Shown in pieces: positions 50,888-59,411 of a DNA stretch of 64,000 nt (position 1 is its first letter; every line of letters starts with the position of its first letter). The notes under the pieces were generated by a model. It ran no database searches and was not told the origin of the DNA. It saw only the letters and a list, made by a program, of their open reading frames with translations. A program made the position numbers and the translations under genes. Location of the stretch: the NCBI RefSeq assembly GCF_000737315.1, contig NZ_JMCB01000015.1:187302-251301 (forward strand), written 5' to 3'. The stretch comes from Hyalangium minutum (GTDB taxonomy: Bacteria; Myxococcota; Myxococcia; Myxococcales; Myxococcaceae).

Positions 50888-51643
50888 TCAACGGCCAGAA
50901 GGGGGTGAGATGTTCTCTCGGAGAAGTGCCACTTGCCCCAGGAGCACGGGAACGGCTGTTTCTACCCGGAGGATGCGTGGGCCGAGAGTGAAGGGGTGGA
51001 AGCCGTGGGCTTCGAGCAGCTCGGCCTCGAAGGGGACCCAGCCGCCGTCCGGGCCGATGGCCAGCACCACCCGGGGGGCGGAGGACACGCCGAGGGTGGC
51101 CAGCGGCTGGCGGGCCGGAGGGTGGGGGAGCAGCCGGAGGGCTTCCCGGCCGAAGAGGGAGCCCAGCTCGTCCTCGACAAAGGGGCGGAAGCGCTCGCGG
51201 ACGAGCACTTCGGGGAGGTGGGTGTCCCGGGCCTGTTCGAGCCCCTGGAGGAGGAGTTCCTGGAGGAAGGCGGGGGCGAGGACCTTGGAGTCGAAGTAGC
51301 TCTTCTCGACGCGGGCGGCGTTGACAAGCACCACGCGATCCACGCCCAGCGAAGCCACCGCGGGCAGCACCTTCTTGAGGGCCTTGGGGCGGGGGATGGC
51401 GAGCAGCAGGTCCACACCGGCGCGGGCCGGTGGCGGATCGGCGAGGGCGACGCGGAGGTGGAGGAGGCCCTCGGTGTTCTCCAGGACTTCGCCCGTTCCG
51501 GTGAGGCCCCCGAGCCGGCCCACGCGCAGCGTTTCGCCGGGTTCGGCGCGGAGCACCTCGCGGGCGTGTTGGGCTCGGCGCCCGGTGAGGCGGGCGCTGC
51601 CGTCAGGCTGGAAGTCCTCGTCGAGGAGCAGGAGCAGGTTCAC
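50888..51643 (-). CDS. rsmE: 16S rRNA m3U1498 methyltransferase
   Basis: H...VLR, LAIPRPK, EQA and IGPDGG...LGPRILRVETA SPOUT motifs. Confidence 0.93.
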   Translation of the reverse strand: MNLLLLLDEDFQPDGSARLTGRRAQHAREVLRAEPGETLRVGRLGGLTGTGEVLENTEGLLHLRVALADPPPARAGVDLLLAIPRPKALKKVLPAVASLGVDRVVLVNAARVEKSYFDSKVLAPAFLQELLLQGLEQARDTHLPEVLVRERFRPFVEDELGSLFGREALRLLPHPPARQPLATLGVSSAPRVVLAIGPDGGWVPFEAELLEAHGFHPFTLGPRILRVETAVPVLLGQVALLRENISPPSGR

Positions 51644-51661
51644 GCCAGATCCTTGGGATGG

Positions 51662-52633
51662 TCAGTGGAGTTTGCGCAGTGCGGCCACGGCGTCATCAAA
51701 GACCTTGGCGAAGACCGGATCATCTGCGGGACGGCGCTTTTCGAGGAGCGGGATGTCCTCGGGGCGTCCTACCAGCCCGAGCACGACTGCCGCAGGTAAG
51801 GCGCTGCCCATGGAAGGGAGAGCGACGAGGCGCTGTGCCACGACCCTCAGCCTGGCGCGTGCATGCTCCGGTAAGGCAGGGATAAATCGTTTTCGGTCTC
51901 CCAACAACAGGCTGAACAGGCGCTCACAGTAATACGCGGTGTCACCATCCTGGCTTTGCGCCTGCTCGCTCACGGAGTCAGCCGTGGCAACGAACGCGGG
52001 CAAGAGGAGCAGTAGCGAAGCGGGAACATCCTCCTCAAGCACGACGAGGACTTGCGTTTTATTGTCGATGGGAATCGATGCATCGCGAGCCCATGTATCC
52101 AAAGCTTCCGGAGACTTCTCCAACAAGACCAACAACCCATGGAGGTCATTGGGTTCTGGTAGGGTGCGTGTCTCCAGGCTCCGCCGCAGGATGGGGATCA
52201 GATCTGGGTGGCGCTGTCGCCAGAGCGCACGTGCCAGCTCATTCACGTCCGGAATCTCGGGCTTGCTGGACGCCAGTCGCTCCAGCTTTCGAACGAGCGA
52301 CGCTCGCGCGCGAGTGCCTTTGATACGTCCCAGCGCCCGGACAATGTCCTCCACGACGGCCCCACTGCCATGATCCCCTCGGGCTTCTTCAACGGCGAGC
52401 TGTTGTTCCAACCGACTAGCGCTGGCGGGGCCACCGAGCTCACCCAGCCCAAACGCAGCCGCTTGTCGTACGAGCGACTCCGAGTCGCCTAGCATGGTTT
52501 CTAGAACGGTCCGTATCTGCCGAGGTCCTGCTCCCAGTTGGGCCACCAGTTCTCGCACGCGGGCCTCGTTACCCCACCTGAACTCCTGGACCAGCTCTTC
52601 CTGGATGCGTGCCAAGTCGATCTTGGTGGACAT
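51662..52633 (-). CDS. HEAT-repeat protein, putative cognate immunity protein
   Basis: LVRQAAAFGLGELG...VRALGRI HEAT-like repeats; lies 19 nt downstream of the toxin-like gene; lower GC. Confidence 0.65.
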   Translation of the reverse strand: MSTKIDLARIQEELVQEFRWGNEARVRELVAQLGAGPRQIRTVLETMLGDSESLVRQAAAFGLGELGGPASASRLEQQLAVEEARGDHGSGAVVEDIVRALGRIKGTRARASLVRKLERLASSKPEIPDVNELARALWRQRHPDLIPILRRSLETRTLPEPNDLHGLLVLLEKSPEALDTWARDASIPIDNKTQVLVVLEEDVPASLLLLLPAFVATADSVSEQAQSQDGDTAYYCERLFSLLLGDRKRFIPALPEHARARLRVVAQRLVALPSMGSALPAAVVLGLVGRPEDIPLLEKRRPADDPVFAKVFDDAVAALRKLH

Positions 52634-52652
52634 GTCGATTTCACATCTCTTC

Positions 52653-54017
52653 CTAGGGGAACTTCACCCCGGCGGGCACGTACCTTCTCACCAAGGTCCC
52701 GTCGAGCAGGTACAGCTCATGGATGGCCTTCGGATCCGCCCGTTGCATGGCTTCGAAAGCTGCCAACTCTCGTTTCAGATCACGTACGTTGGAGACATAG
52801 TTGGTGTTGTGCCGCACGCCATCAGGCCTCAGGGAGGACGCGTCGGGCCTCCGGAAGCGGGGACCATCGGCTGATTCTGAATCAAAGCGGGGCCTGTTCT
52901 TGGCATCCACTTGCGCCTTGTTCTTCCGAAGCTGGGAGTGCCCTGCTGCCTCTCGGGCCGCCAACTCTTCTTCGATGGTCTCGTTGTGAGGGGGATTCGA
53001 CCGGGTGTGAGGAGGCCCATAGCGGGTGGACAGCTCCGTCGCGCACAGGGCCAGCCCACCGCACATCCGCGCCGCGGCCTCGCCCGCCGCTACGCCGCCG
53101 AGGATGAGGCTGCCATCCGCTACCACCCTGGCTGTGGCTGCGGCTTCGACGGCCAAGCCTCCTTCCACGGCGTATGAAGGTGGGCCTAGCAGGGCACCCA
53201 GTCCTCCCGGAGGCACTGTCGGGGCAGTCTTGGCCACTCCCATGCTGGCCACCATCACCAGTACTCGCAGCATTGTCCCTCCCACCGACTTGCCGAAGTG
53301 CTCCGAGGCTGTTTCCAGCTCCTTCTCGGAGCGGGCGGCCTCGGACTCGCGGTAGAGCCGCAGGCACGCCAGCGCCAGGTTCGCCACCTCGATCATCCCC
53401 ACCGTAAGGGCCAGGGCCGCTGTCAGCGTCACCGCGAAGGCCTTGGAGAAGAACGGCTCGGGGTTCAGCCACGCCCCCAGGTACACGGCCACTGACAGGC
53501 ACACGCTGGTCAGGAACACGGGTGAGCTGAACAACTCCCGAGCGGCCGCACGGACCCCAGGGCCCATGTAGTGGGGGGACCGCTTCAACGCCTCGTAGAG
53601 GCGGCTGTGTGCCCACGTCTCTGGCAGAGGCAATAGGGCACTTCCGAAGCGCGACAGGAACCGCTCGCGCAGGTGTCGCTCCCAGCCCTGGCCGTCCGCC
53701 TCGTTCAGCAGCCTGAGTCCTGATGATGGGAGGACTCGGATCTCTGGCCGCTCAGCCAGCACGGCCGCGTGGAAGACCGTGAGTACCGATTGGGCCTCCT
53801 CCACGCTCAGCGTTTCGAGCGCCGGGTCGAAGGCTATCGGCTCGAAGGAGAGCCGGACCCTGCCCCCAGAGAGTGGGCTGGGCTTCACGAGCCTGGGCGC
53901 TGCCGCTCGAAGGGTGTCCGTATGGGACGTGGCACATGCCGCCGGGAGGACGAGGAAGCAGAGGAGGGCGAGCCGCGTCGGCAAGGGAAGTCCGCTCACA
54001 CGCCCAGCATGCCTCAA
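52653..54017 (-). CDS. SitA-like lipoprotein polymorphic toxin (start TTG 54017 or GTG 53999)
   Basis: Lipobox LPAAC; conserved myxobacterial central region FSSP.FL.SV.LS..VY..AW..PEPFFSKAF...LY.E.EAAR...ELE.A.E.FGK.VGG; variable C-terminal domain. Confidence 0.75.
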   Translation of the reverse strand: MRHAGRVSGLPLPTRLALLCFLVLPAACATSHTDTLRAAAPRLVKPSPLSGGRVRLSFEPIAFDPALETLSVEEAQSVLTVFHAAVLAERPEIRVLPSSGLRLLNEADGQGWERHLRERFLSRFGSALLPLPETWAHSRLYEALKRSPHYMGPGVRAAARELFSSPVFLTSVCLSVAVYLGAWLNPEPFFSKAFAVTLTAALALTVGMIEVANLALACLRLYRESEAARSEKELETASEHFGKSVGGTMLRVLVMVASMGVAKTAPTVPPGGLGALLGPPSYAVEGGLAVEAAATARVVADGSLILGGVAAGEAAARMCGGLALCATELSTRYGPPHTRSNPPHNETIEEELAAREAAGHSQLRKNKAQVDAKNRPRFDSESADGPRFRRPDASSLRPDGVRHNTNYVSNVRDLKRELAAFEAMQRADPKAIHELYLLDGTLVRRYVPAGVKFP

Positions 54018-54145
54018 CTCCTCGAAGACGTGCCGTATGCAGGCCTCCAGGCGCCTTCCTCGCTCGAAGCAGCCGAGCGAGGGAGCAGGGTGGTCCGCTC
54101 GTGTGTCTGCTTGCCGCTCGGGTCCACCTGCCGTAAAGCGGGGGC

Positions 54146-55321
54146 GTGCGTCCCGTCTGCCTGCGCTGCCGCCGTCCCGAGGCTACGTGCTACTGCGCGC
54201 GTCTGCCGCGCCTGGAGACCCGTACGCGCGTCGTCTTCCTCCAGCACCCCCGCGAGCGCCGCGTAGCCATCGGCACTGCCCGCATGGCCCACCTCTCGCT
54301 CCCCAACTCCGAGCTCCACATCGGCGTGGACTTCACCGGCCACCGCCGCCTGGAAGAGCTCGCGGCCCACTCCGAGCGCGTCGCCGTGCTCTTCCCCGGC
54401 CCCGGCGCCATGACGCTCGAGGAGGCCCGCGCCCATCCGCCCGAGTCGCTCATCGTCGTGGACGGCACCTGGCCCCTGGCCAAGAAGGTCGTGAAGACCA
54501 ACCCGCTCCTGGCCAGCCTGCCGCGCATCGGCTTCACCCCGCGCCGCCCCAGCAACTACCGCATCCGCGCCGAGCCCGCAGACCACTGCGTCTCCACTAT
54601 CGAGGCCGTCGTCGAGGTGCTCGGCGCCCTGGAGGGCGGAGACACCTCGCGCTTCGATGCCATGCTCCAGCCCTTCGAGTTCATGGTGGACACCCAGCTC
54701 GAGAGCCAGTCCCATCGCGACGATCCACCCCGCCGCCGCATCTTCAAGGCGCCCTGGCGTCCACCCTTGGAGCTGCGCTCGCTGGCCGACGAGCTCCCCC
54801 AGCTCGTGCTCCTGTACGCCGAGGCCAACGCCCACCCCGCCGAGGAGGGCATCCCTCCCGAATTGGTCCACCTCGTGGCCTGCCGCGTCGCCACGAATGA
54901 GCGCTTCGAGGCCCTGCTCGCCCCCCGTCAGCCGCTGGCCCGCAGCACGCCGCTGCACACGGAACTCCCTGAGGAGTCCCTCCGCGCGGGCGAGGACCGG
55001 GACCAGGCCCTGGCCCGCTTCGAGGCGTTCCTGCGCCCCGATGACGTGCTCGCCGTCTGGACCACCTACGCCCTGGATCTGCTCTGGCGCGATGGCGTCT
55101 CCCGCCGCGACGCCACGAACATCCGCCTCGCCACCGCTCGCGCGCTGAAGGGCAAGGCCGGAGGCGTGGAGCAGGCCGTGTCCGCCCTCAACGCCCAGCT
55201 CCCCGAGCGCTGGGCTCCCGGACGCGCGGGCCGCCGCATCCAGGCCCTGGAGGCCGTGGTTCGCGAGCTCATCCATCGCGGACAGGCCTTGCAGCCGCCT
55301 CTCAAGAAGAGCGGCTCCTGA
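54146..55321 (+). CDS. DTW-domain tRNA-uridine aminocarboxypropyltransferase with a C-terminal extension
   Basis: CLRCRRP..TCYC, LQHPRE...IGTA, VLFPG, VVDGTWPLA and STIEAV. Confidence 0.88.
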   Translation: MRPVCLRCRRPEATCYCARLPRLETRTRVVFLQHPRERRVAIGTARMAHLSLPNSELHIGVDFTGHRRLEELAAHSERVAVLFPGPGAMTLEEARAHPPESLIVVDGTWPLAKKVVKTNPLLASLPRIGFTPRRPSNYRIRAEPADHCVSTIEAVVEVLGALEGGDTSRFDAMLQPFEFMVDTQLESQSHRDDPPRRRIFKAPWRPPLELRSLADELPQLVLLYAEANAHPAEEGIPPELVHLVACRVATNERFEALLAPRQPLARSTPLHTELPEESLRAGEDRDQALARFEAFLRPDDVLAVWTTYALDLLWRDGVSRRDATNIRLATARALKGKAGGVEQAVSALNAQLPERWAPGRAGRRIQALEAVVRELIHRGQALQPPLKKSGS

Positions 55322-55333
55322 CCGGAGTCCTCC

Positions 55334-56452
55334 TCAGACGCGCTGGCTGCGGCCGAACGAAGTCCCCACAGTCGTCGCCGCGGGCCGCCACGGGAACGTG
55401 AGCCTGCGCAGCCGCCGCAGCAAGCGCGCCACCGCGTAGCAGGCCGCGAGCAGCCCCAGCCCGGCGAGCAGCGCGGGAACCAGCTCGAGCGTAGGGCCCA
55501 CCCGGTCGGACAGGCCCGGCGTCCCCGCCCAGCCGTACACCACGGGCAGGTGGAGCAGGTACACCCAGAGCGACAGCAGGCCCAAGGGCGCCAGCAGCCG
55601 GGTGAGCCGCACCGGCGCGAAGTTCGCCACGGCCAGCACGATCAGCCCCTGTCCCACGCGGAAGGCCACGAGCCATGCGCTCGTGGGAGCCCAATCCGCG
55701 GGGAGCTTCAGCGTGGCCCCCAGCATCCCCGCGCCCAGCGCCGCGAGCACCACGCCCTGAGGCCACCCCGGCCGCAGCATGCGCAGCAGCCAGGCCAACA
55801 GCGAGCCCACGAAGAAGTAGCTGGCCCACGGGAAGAGCGTGAACTGGCTCCCGTCCATCCCCGTGGCTTGCCGCAGGGCGATGGGCAGGTTCGGCCCGAA
55901 TTGCCACACCGCCGGGCTCGCCAGCACGATGCCCACCGCCAGCACCCCGAGCACCAGCGTCCGGATCCGGCTCCCCCGCGCGAGCGAGAGCACGGTGGCC
56001 CCCACCAGCAAACTCGCGCCAATGCACTGGAGCGCATCGAACGCGAAGAGCTGGGCCATGAGCGCCTCGCTCCAGCCCAGCGCCTGGACGGCCTCCCAGC
56101 CTGGCCAGCGCAGCAGGTAGCCCAGGAAGATCAACAGGAGCGCTCGCCGCACGAGCCGCCCATAGATGCCCCGCGAGCCCTCCGTGCGGCGATCCATCGC
56201 GGCCACCACCGCCCAGCCGCTCACCAGCAGGAAGAGGGGCGCGGTGAGGCCACGCAGCGACCAGTAGTGCTGCACCCACTCGTTCTCGCGAGCGCTCGGA
56301 GACAGCAGGGCATGCAGCGTGTGGCCTATCACCATCGCCAGCACGGCGAAGCCGCGCGCCGCATCCAGCGCGGGATGGCGAGGAGGAGGCCGCAAGCTGA
56401 AGGAGCCCGAGAGAGGCACGCACGGATCAGCATAAGGGCGGCCCCCGCTCAA
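55334..56452 (-). CDS. DUF1624 / acyltransferase-family membrane protein (start uncertain)
   Basis: LDAARGFAVLAMVIGH, APLFLLVSG, DALQCIG and LFPW; multi-TM. Confidence 0.8.
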   Translation of the reverse strand: MSGGRPYADPCVPLSGSFSLRPPPRHPALDAARGFAVLAMVIGHTLHALLSPSARENEWVQHYWSLRGLTAPLFLLVSGWAVVAAMDRRTEGSRGIYGRLVRRALLLIFLGYLLRWPGWEAVQALGWSEALMAQLFAFDALQCIGASLLVGATVLSLARGSRIRTLVLGVLAVGIVLASPAVWQFGPNLPIALRQATGMDGSQFTLFPWASYFFVGSLLAWLLRMLRPGWPQGVVLAALGAGMLGATLKLPADWAPTSAWLVAFRVGQGLIVLAVANFAPVRLTRLLAPLGLLSLWVYLLHLPVVYGWAGTPGLSDRVGPTLELVPALLAGLGLLAACYAVARLLRRLRRLTFPWRPAATTVGTSFGRSQRV

Positions 56453-56557
56453 GCCCAGAATCCGGCCTGACAGGCGTACAGGGACTGTCAGTGTGGGTTC
56501 TCTCTACAGGCTTGTGGTGGGACGCGAAGGTGGGGGGCCGCTGGTAAGGTGCACGCC

Positions 56558-57655
56558 ATGAAGGCGCCCTCTCGCCTCCAGCACTGCCTTGGACGCGCCA
56601 TCGCCCTCTGGGGGGTGCTCGGGGCGTTGGCGCTGCGGGCGATGGCCTCGTCACCCGAGCCCGTGAAGGCCCCCCCGCCACAACCGGAGCCTCTGCCCTA
56701 CGAGAAGCTGGTGGCGCCCTTCCAGCCGCCCCCCGCCGTGAGCAGCGCGCCCGCCCCCGAGGACACCGAGGCCCGCATTGCCCTGGGGCGGCTGCTCTTC
56801 TTCGACGCGCGGCTCTCCAAGAACCACGACGTCTCCTGCAACACCTGCCACGATCTGGCCACCAACGGGGCGGATCACCAGCCACTCTCCCAGGGGCATC
56901 AGAAGCGGAAGGGCCGGCGCAACTCGCCCACCGTCTACAATGTCGGCGGCTACATCGCCCAGTTCTGGGACGGCCGAGCGCCCACCCTGGAGGTCCAGGC
57001 GGAGGGGCCCCTCTTCGATGAAGACGAGATGGCCATGCCGGACGACCGGCGCGTCCTGGCGACGCTCACCTCCATGCCGGAGTACGTGAAGCGCTTCCAG
57101 GCGGCCTTCCCGGGCGAGAAGAAGCCCGTCACGCTGAGCAACCTCACGCGGTCCCTCGCGGCCTTCCAGCGCCAGCTCACCACCCGCTCCCGCTTCGATC
57201 GATTCCTCGCGGGCCAGCGGGAGGCGCTCACCGAGCAAGAGCGCCGCGGGCTGGAGCTCTTCGTCACCGCTGGCTGCGTCACCTGCCATAACGGGCCCGC
57301 GGTGGGCGGCACCTCTCTCCAGAAGCTGGGGCTCGTGGAGGCGTTCCCAAAGATTGCGGACCTCGGCCGGTACGAGGTGACGCGGGAGGAGGAGGACCGG
57401 ATGAAGTTTCGCGTCCCCACGCTGCGCAACGTGGAGAAGACGGCGCCCTACCTTCATGACGGCTCCGTGGCGCAGCTGGACGAGATGGTTCGCGTCATGG
57501 CCCGGTACCAGCTCGGCAAGACGCTGAGCCCGGAGCAGGTGGAGTCGCTGGTGGCCTTCCTGCGCAGCCTCACCGGCGAGCTGCCCGCGCGCTACGCCGC
57601 CCCGCCCGAGCTCCCCAAGAGCACGCGCAAGACGCCCAAGCCCGACCCCACGTGA
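56558..57655 (+). CDS. Di-heme cytochrome c peroxidase (CCP/MauG family)
   Basis: LGRLLFFD.RLS, SCNTCH, RNSPTVYN, QFWDGRA, GCVTCHNG and FRVPTLRNV...PYLHDG. Confidence 0.94.
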   Translation: MKAPSRLQHCLGRAIALWGVLGALALRAMASSPEPVKAPPPQPEPLPYEKLVAPFQPPPAVSSAPAPEDTEARIALGRLLFFDARLSKNHDVSCNTCHDLATNGADHQPLSQGHQKRKGRRNSPTVYNVGGYIAQFWDGRAPTLEVQAEGPLFDEDEMAMPDDRRVLATLTSMPEYVKRFQAAFPGEKKPVTLSNLTRSLAAFQRQLTTRSRFDRFLAGQREALTEQERRGLELFVTAGCVTCHNGPAVGGTSLQKLGLVEAFPKIADLGRYEVTREEEDRMKFRVPTLRNVEKTAPYLHDGSVAQLDEMVRVMARYQLGKTLSPEQVESLVAFLRSLTGELPARYAAPPELPKSTRKTPKPDPT

Positions 57656-57696
57656 AGGGCAGTGCACGCTGCGCCCGCCGGTAGTAAGAGCGGGGC

Positions 57697-58098
57697 ATGA
57701 ACTTCCTGTTCCAGGCCCACTCCGGCCTCCGCTACCTGGTCCTGCTCACGGGTGTCGTCTCCCTGGCCTACTTCGTGTCCGGCCTCGCCACGAAGCGCCC
57801 GGTGGACAAGGGCGTTCGCATCCTCGGCGCCGCCTTCACCGGCCTGCTCGATCTGCAGATCCTCCTCGGCATCGGCATGGTTGCCTTGGGGCGCTTCTAT
57901 CCGCAGCTCATCGGCCACATCGTGATGATGCTGCTGGCCGCCACGGTCACCCACGTGCTGCTCGTGGTGAACCGCAAGCGCCCCAACCCCGGCTACGTGC
58001 TCCCGGCGGTGGCCGTCGCGGTGGCCTTGGCGCTCATCTTCGGCGGCATCATGGCCATTGGCCGGGGCGTGCTCACCCACACCACCCCCGTGAGCTGA
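57697..58098 (+). CDS. Small 4-TM membrane protein with conserved His residues
   Basis: HSGLRYLVLL, DLQILLG and H..MM pattern. Confidence 0.7.
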   Translation: MNFLFQAHSGLRYLVLLTGVVSLAYFVSGLATKRPVDKGVRILGAAFTGLLDLQILLGIGMVALGRFYPQLIGHIVMMLLAATVTHVLLVVNRKRPNPGYVLPAVAVAVALALIFGGIMAIGRGVLTHTTPVS

Positions 58099-58114
58099 GG
58101 CGCGAGTCCGGACG

Positions 58115-58669
58115 TCAGTTCAGCAGATCCCGGCCGCGGAGCACCTCCGTGGCCAGCTCCTCGAGCGCCTCCGGCGGGAGGCACGTGCGCACCAGGGGGA
58201 ACAGGTACTGCTCCTCCAGGTGGAGGTGGACCTCCATCAGGAGCATCAGCTGTTGGCTGCCCCGGGCCAGGGACTCGGCCAGCTCGCCGTAGCGCTCCGG
58301 CGAGTCCCGCAGCGTCAGCCACAGGGGCACCAGCTTGCTCAGGGCCTGCTCGATGGCCTCGTGCTGCAGCTTCATCCCCCACAGGTGCCGCATCATCTCC
58401 GTGGAGATCGTCGTGGTGAACAGGCGGGGCAGGAGGGCGAAGTCCTCGGCCTCGAAGTGCTGCGGCAGCCGCTGGGTGAAGTAGCGGGCCACGCGCGCCG
58501 CGGTCCCCGAGAGCTCCGCCGGAGTGGCTCCCTGCGCATGGCCCAGCCGGAGGGCCAGCGCGGTGAAGTGCCGGATGCGCTGCTGGCTCGCGAGCAGGAG
58601 CTGGAGCACATCCCTCTGCTCGGTCCGGGACTTGTCAGCGGAAGGGGGCAGGGGTGGGGAAAAGTGCAT
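58115..58669 (-). CDS. Hemerythrin/HHE domain protein
   Basis: HFEAED, QHEAIE and HLHLEEQYLFP motifs. Confidence 0.8.
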   Translation of the reverse strand: MHFSPPLPPSADKSRTEQRDVLQLLLASQQRIRHFTALALRLGHAQGATPAELSGTAARVARYFTQRLPQHFEAEDFALLPRLFTTTISTEMMRHLWGMKLQHEAIEQALSKLVPLWLTLRDSPERYGELAESLARGSQQLMLLMEVHLHLEEQYLFPLVRTCLPPEALEELATEVLRGRDLLN

Positions 58670-58818
58670 GGCTCGTGGGGCTGATCCAGACGTAATCACG
58701 CCTTCTCAGAACCGCTACTGTAAGCCATGACTCCCAGTGGCTTCTATGTCCGGAAGGCCACCCGGAGTGTCCAGCCGGCGGCAGGCTCGTGTGGGCGGGG
58801 TTGCTATCGTCTCCGAGC

Positions 58819-59118
58819 ATGAGTGAGGACTCGGAACTGCCCCTGGCCAACGCGGGCCGCGAGAAGCATGCACGGGAGTTGTTTCCCTACCGTGAGCAGA
58901 CTCCCGAGGAGTATGCCGCTCGCCACTTCCACGAGTGGATGACATTCTCCTTCGACGATTTCCGCTACTCGGACCCGGAGCTGGATGCCTGGATCGCACG
59001 GCTGGGGCAGATCTTCTTCAAGCGCCCGGGAGCGCCGTCGATCGAAGAGCTCCGCGCGCGGTTCCTGACGCCTCAGGAGCTCGAGGCCATCCACGAGCGG
59101 GAGCAAGAGGCGTTCTGA
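58819..59118 (+). CDS. Hypothetical protein (99 aa)
   Basis: ATG at 58819; coding-like composition; acidic and aromatic-rich. Confidence 0.55.
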   Translation: MSEDSELPLANAGREKHARELFPYREQTPEEYAARHFHEWMTFSFDDFRYSDPELDAWIARLGQIFFKRPGAPSIEELRARFLTPQELEAIHEREQEAF

Positions 59119-59411
59119 TCAGGGACTCGGGTGGTGGGCCAGCCACGCTCCGGCCCCCGTTCCCTTGAGCCTGCGCACATCGGCGCAGGATGCAGTACCT
59201 CTCGGAGAGGGACCCCTCGTCTGGATCCACTTCACACGGTAGGGACACCTGGCGTCCTGATCCGTAGGCCTCCGCGAGGCTGGGTGACGACGCACCCGGT
59301 CATCCCGGCACCCCGCCTCACTGGGAAGTGTTGGAGTCTCTCGCACTCGTGGCAAGCTGAGGAGTGGCCCCGCCCCTCCAGGGCCTGCTCCCAGCGTAGG
59401 AAGACGACGAC

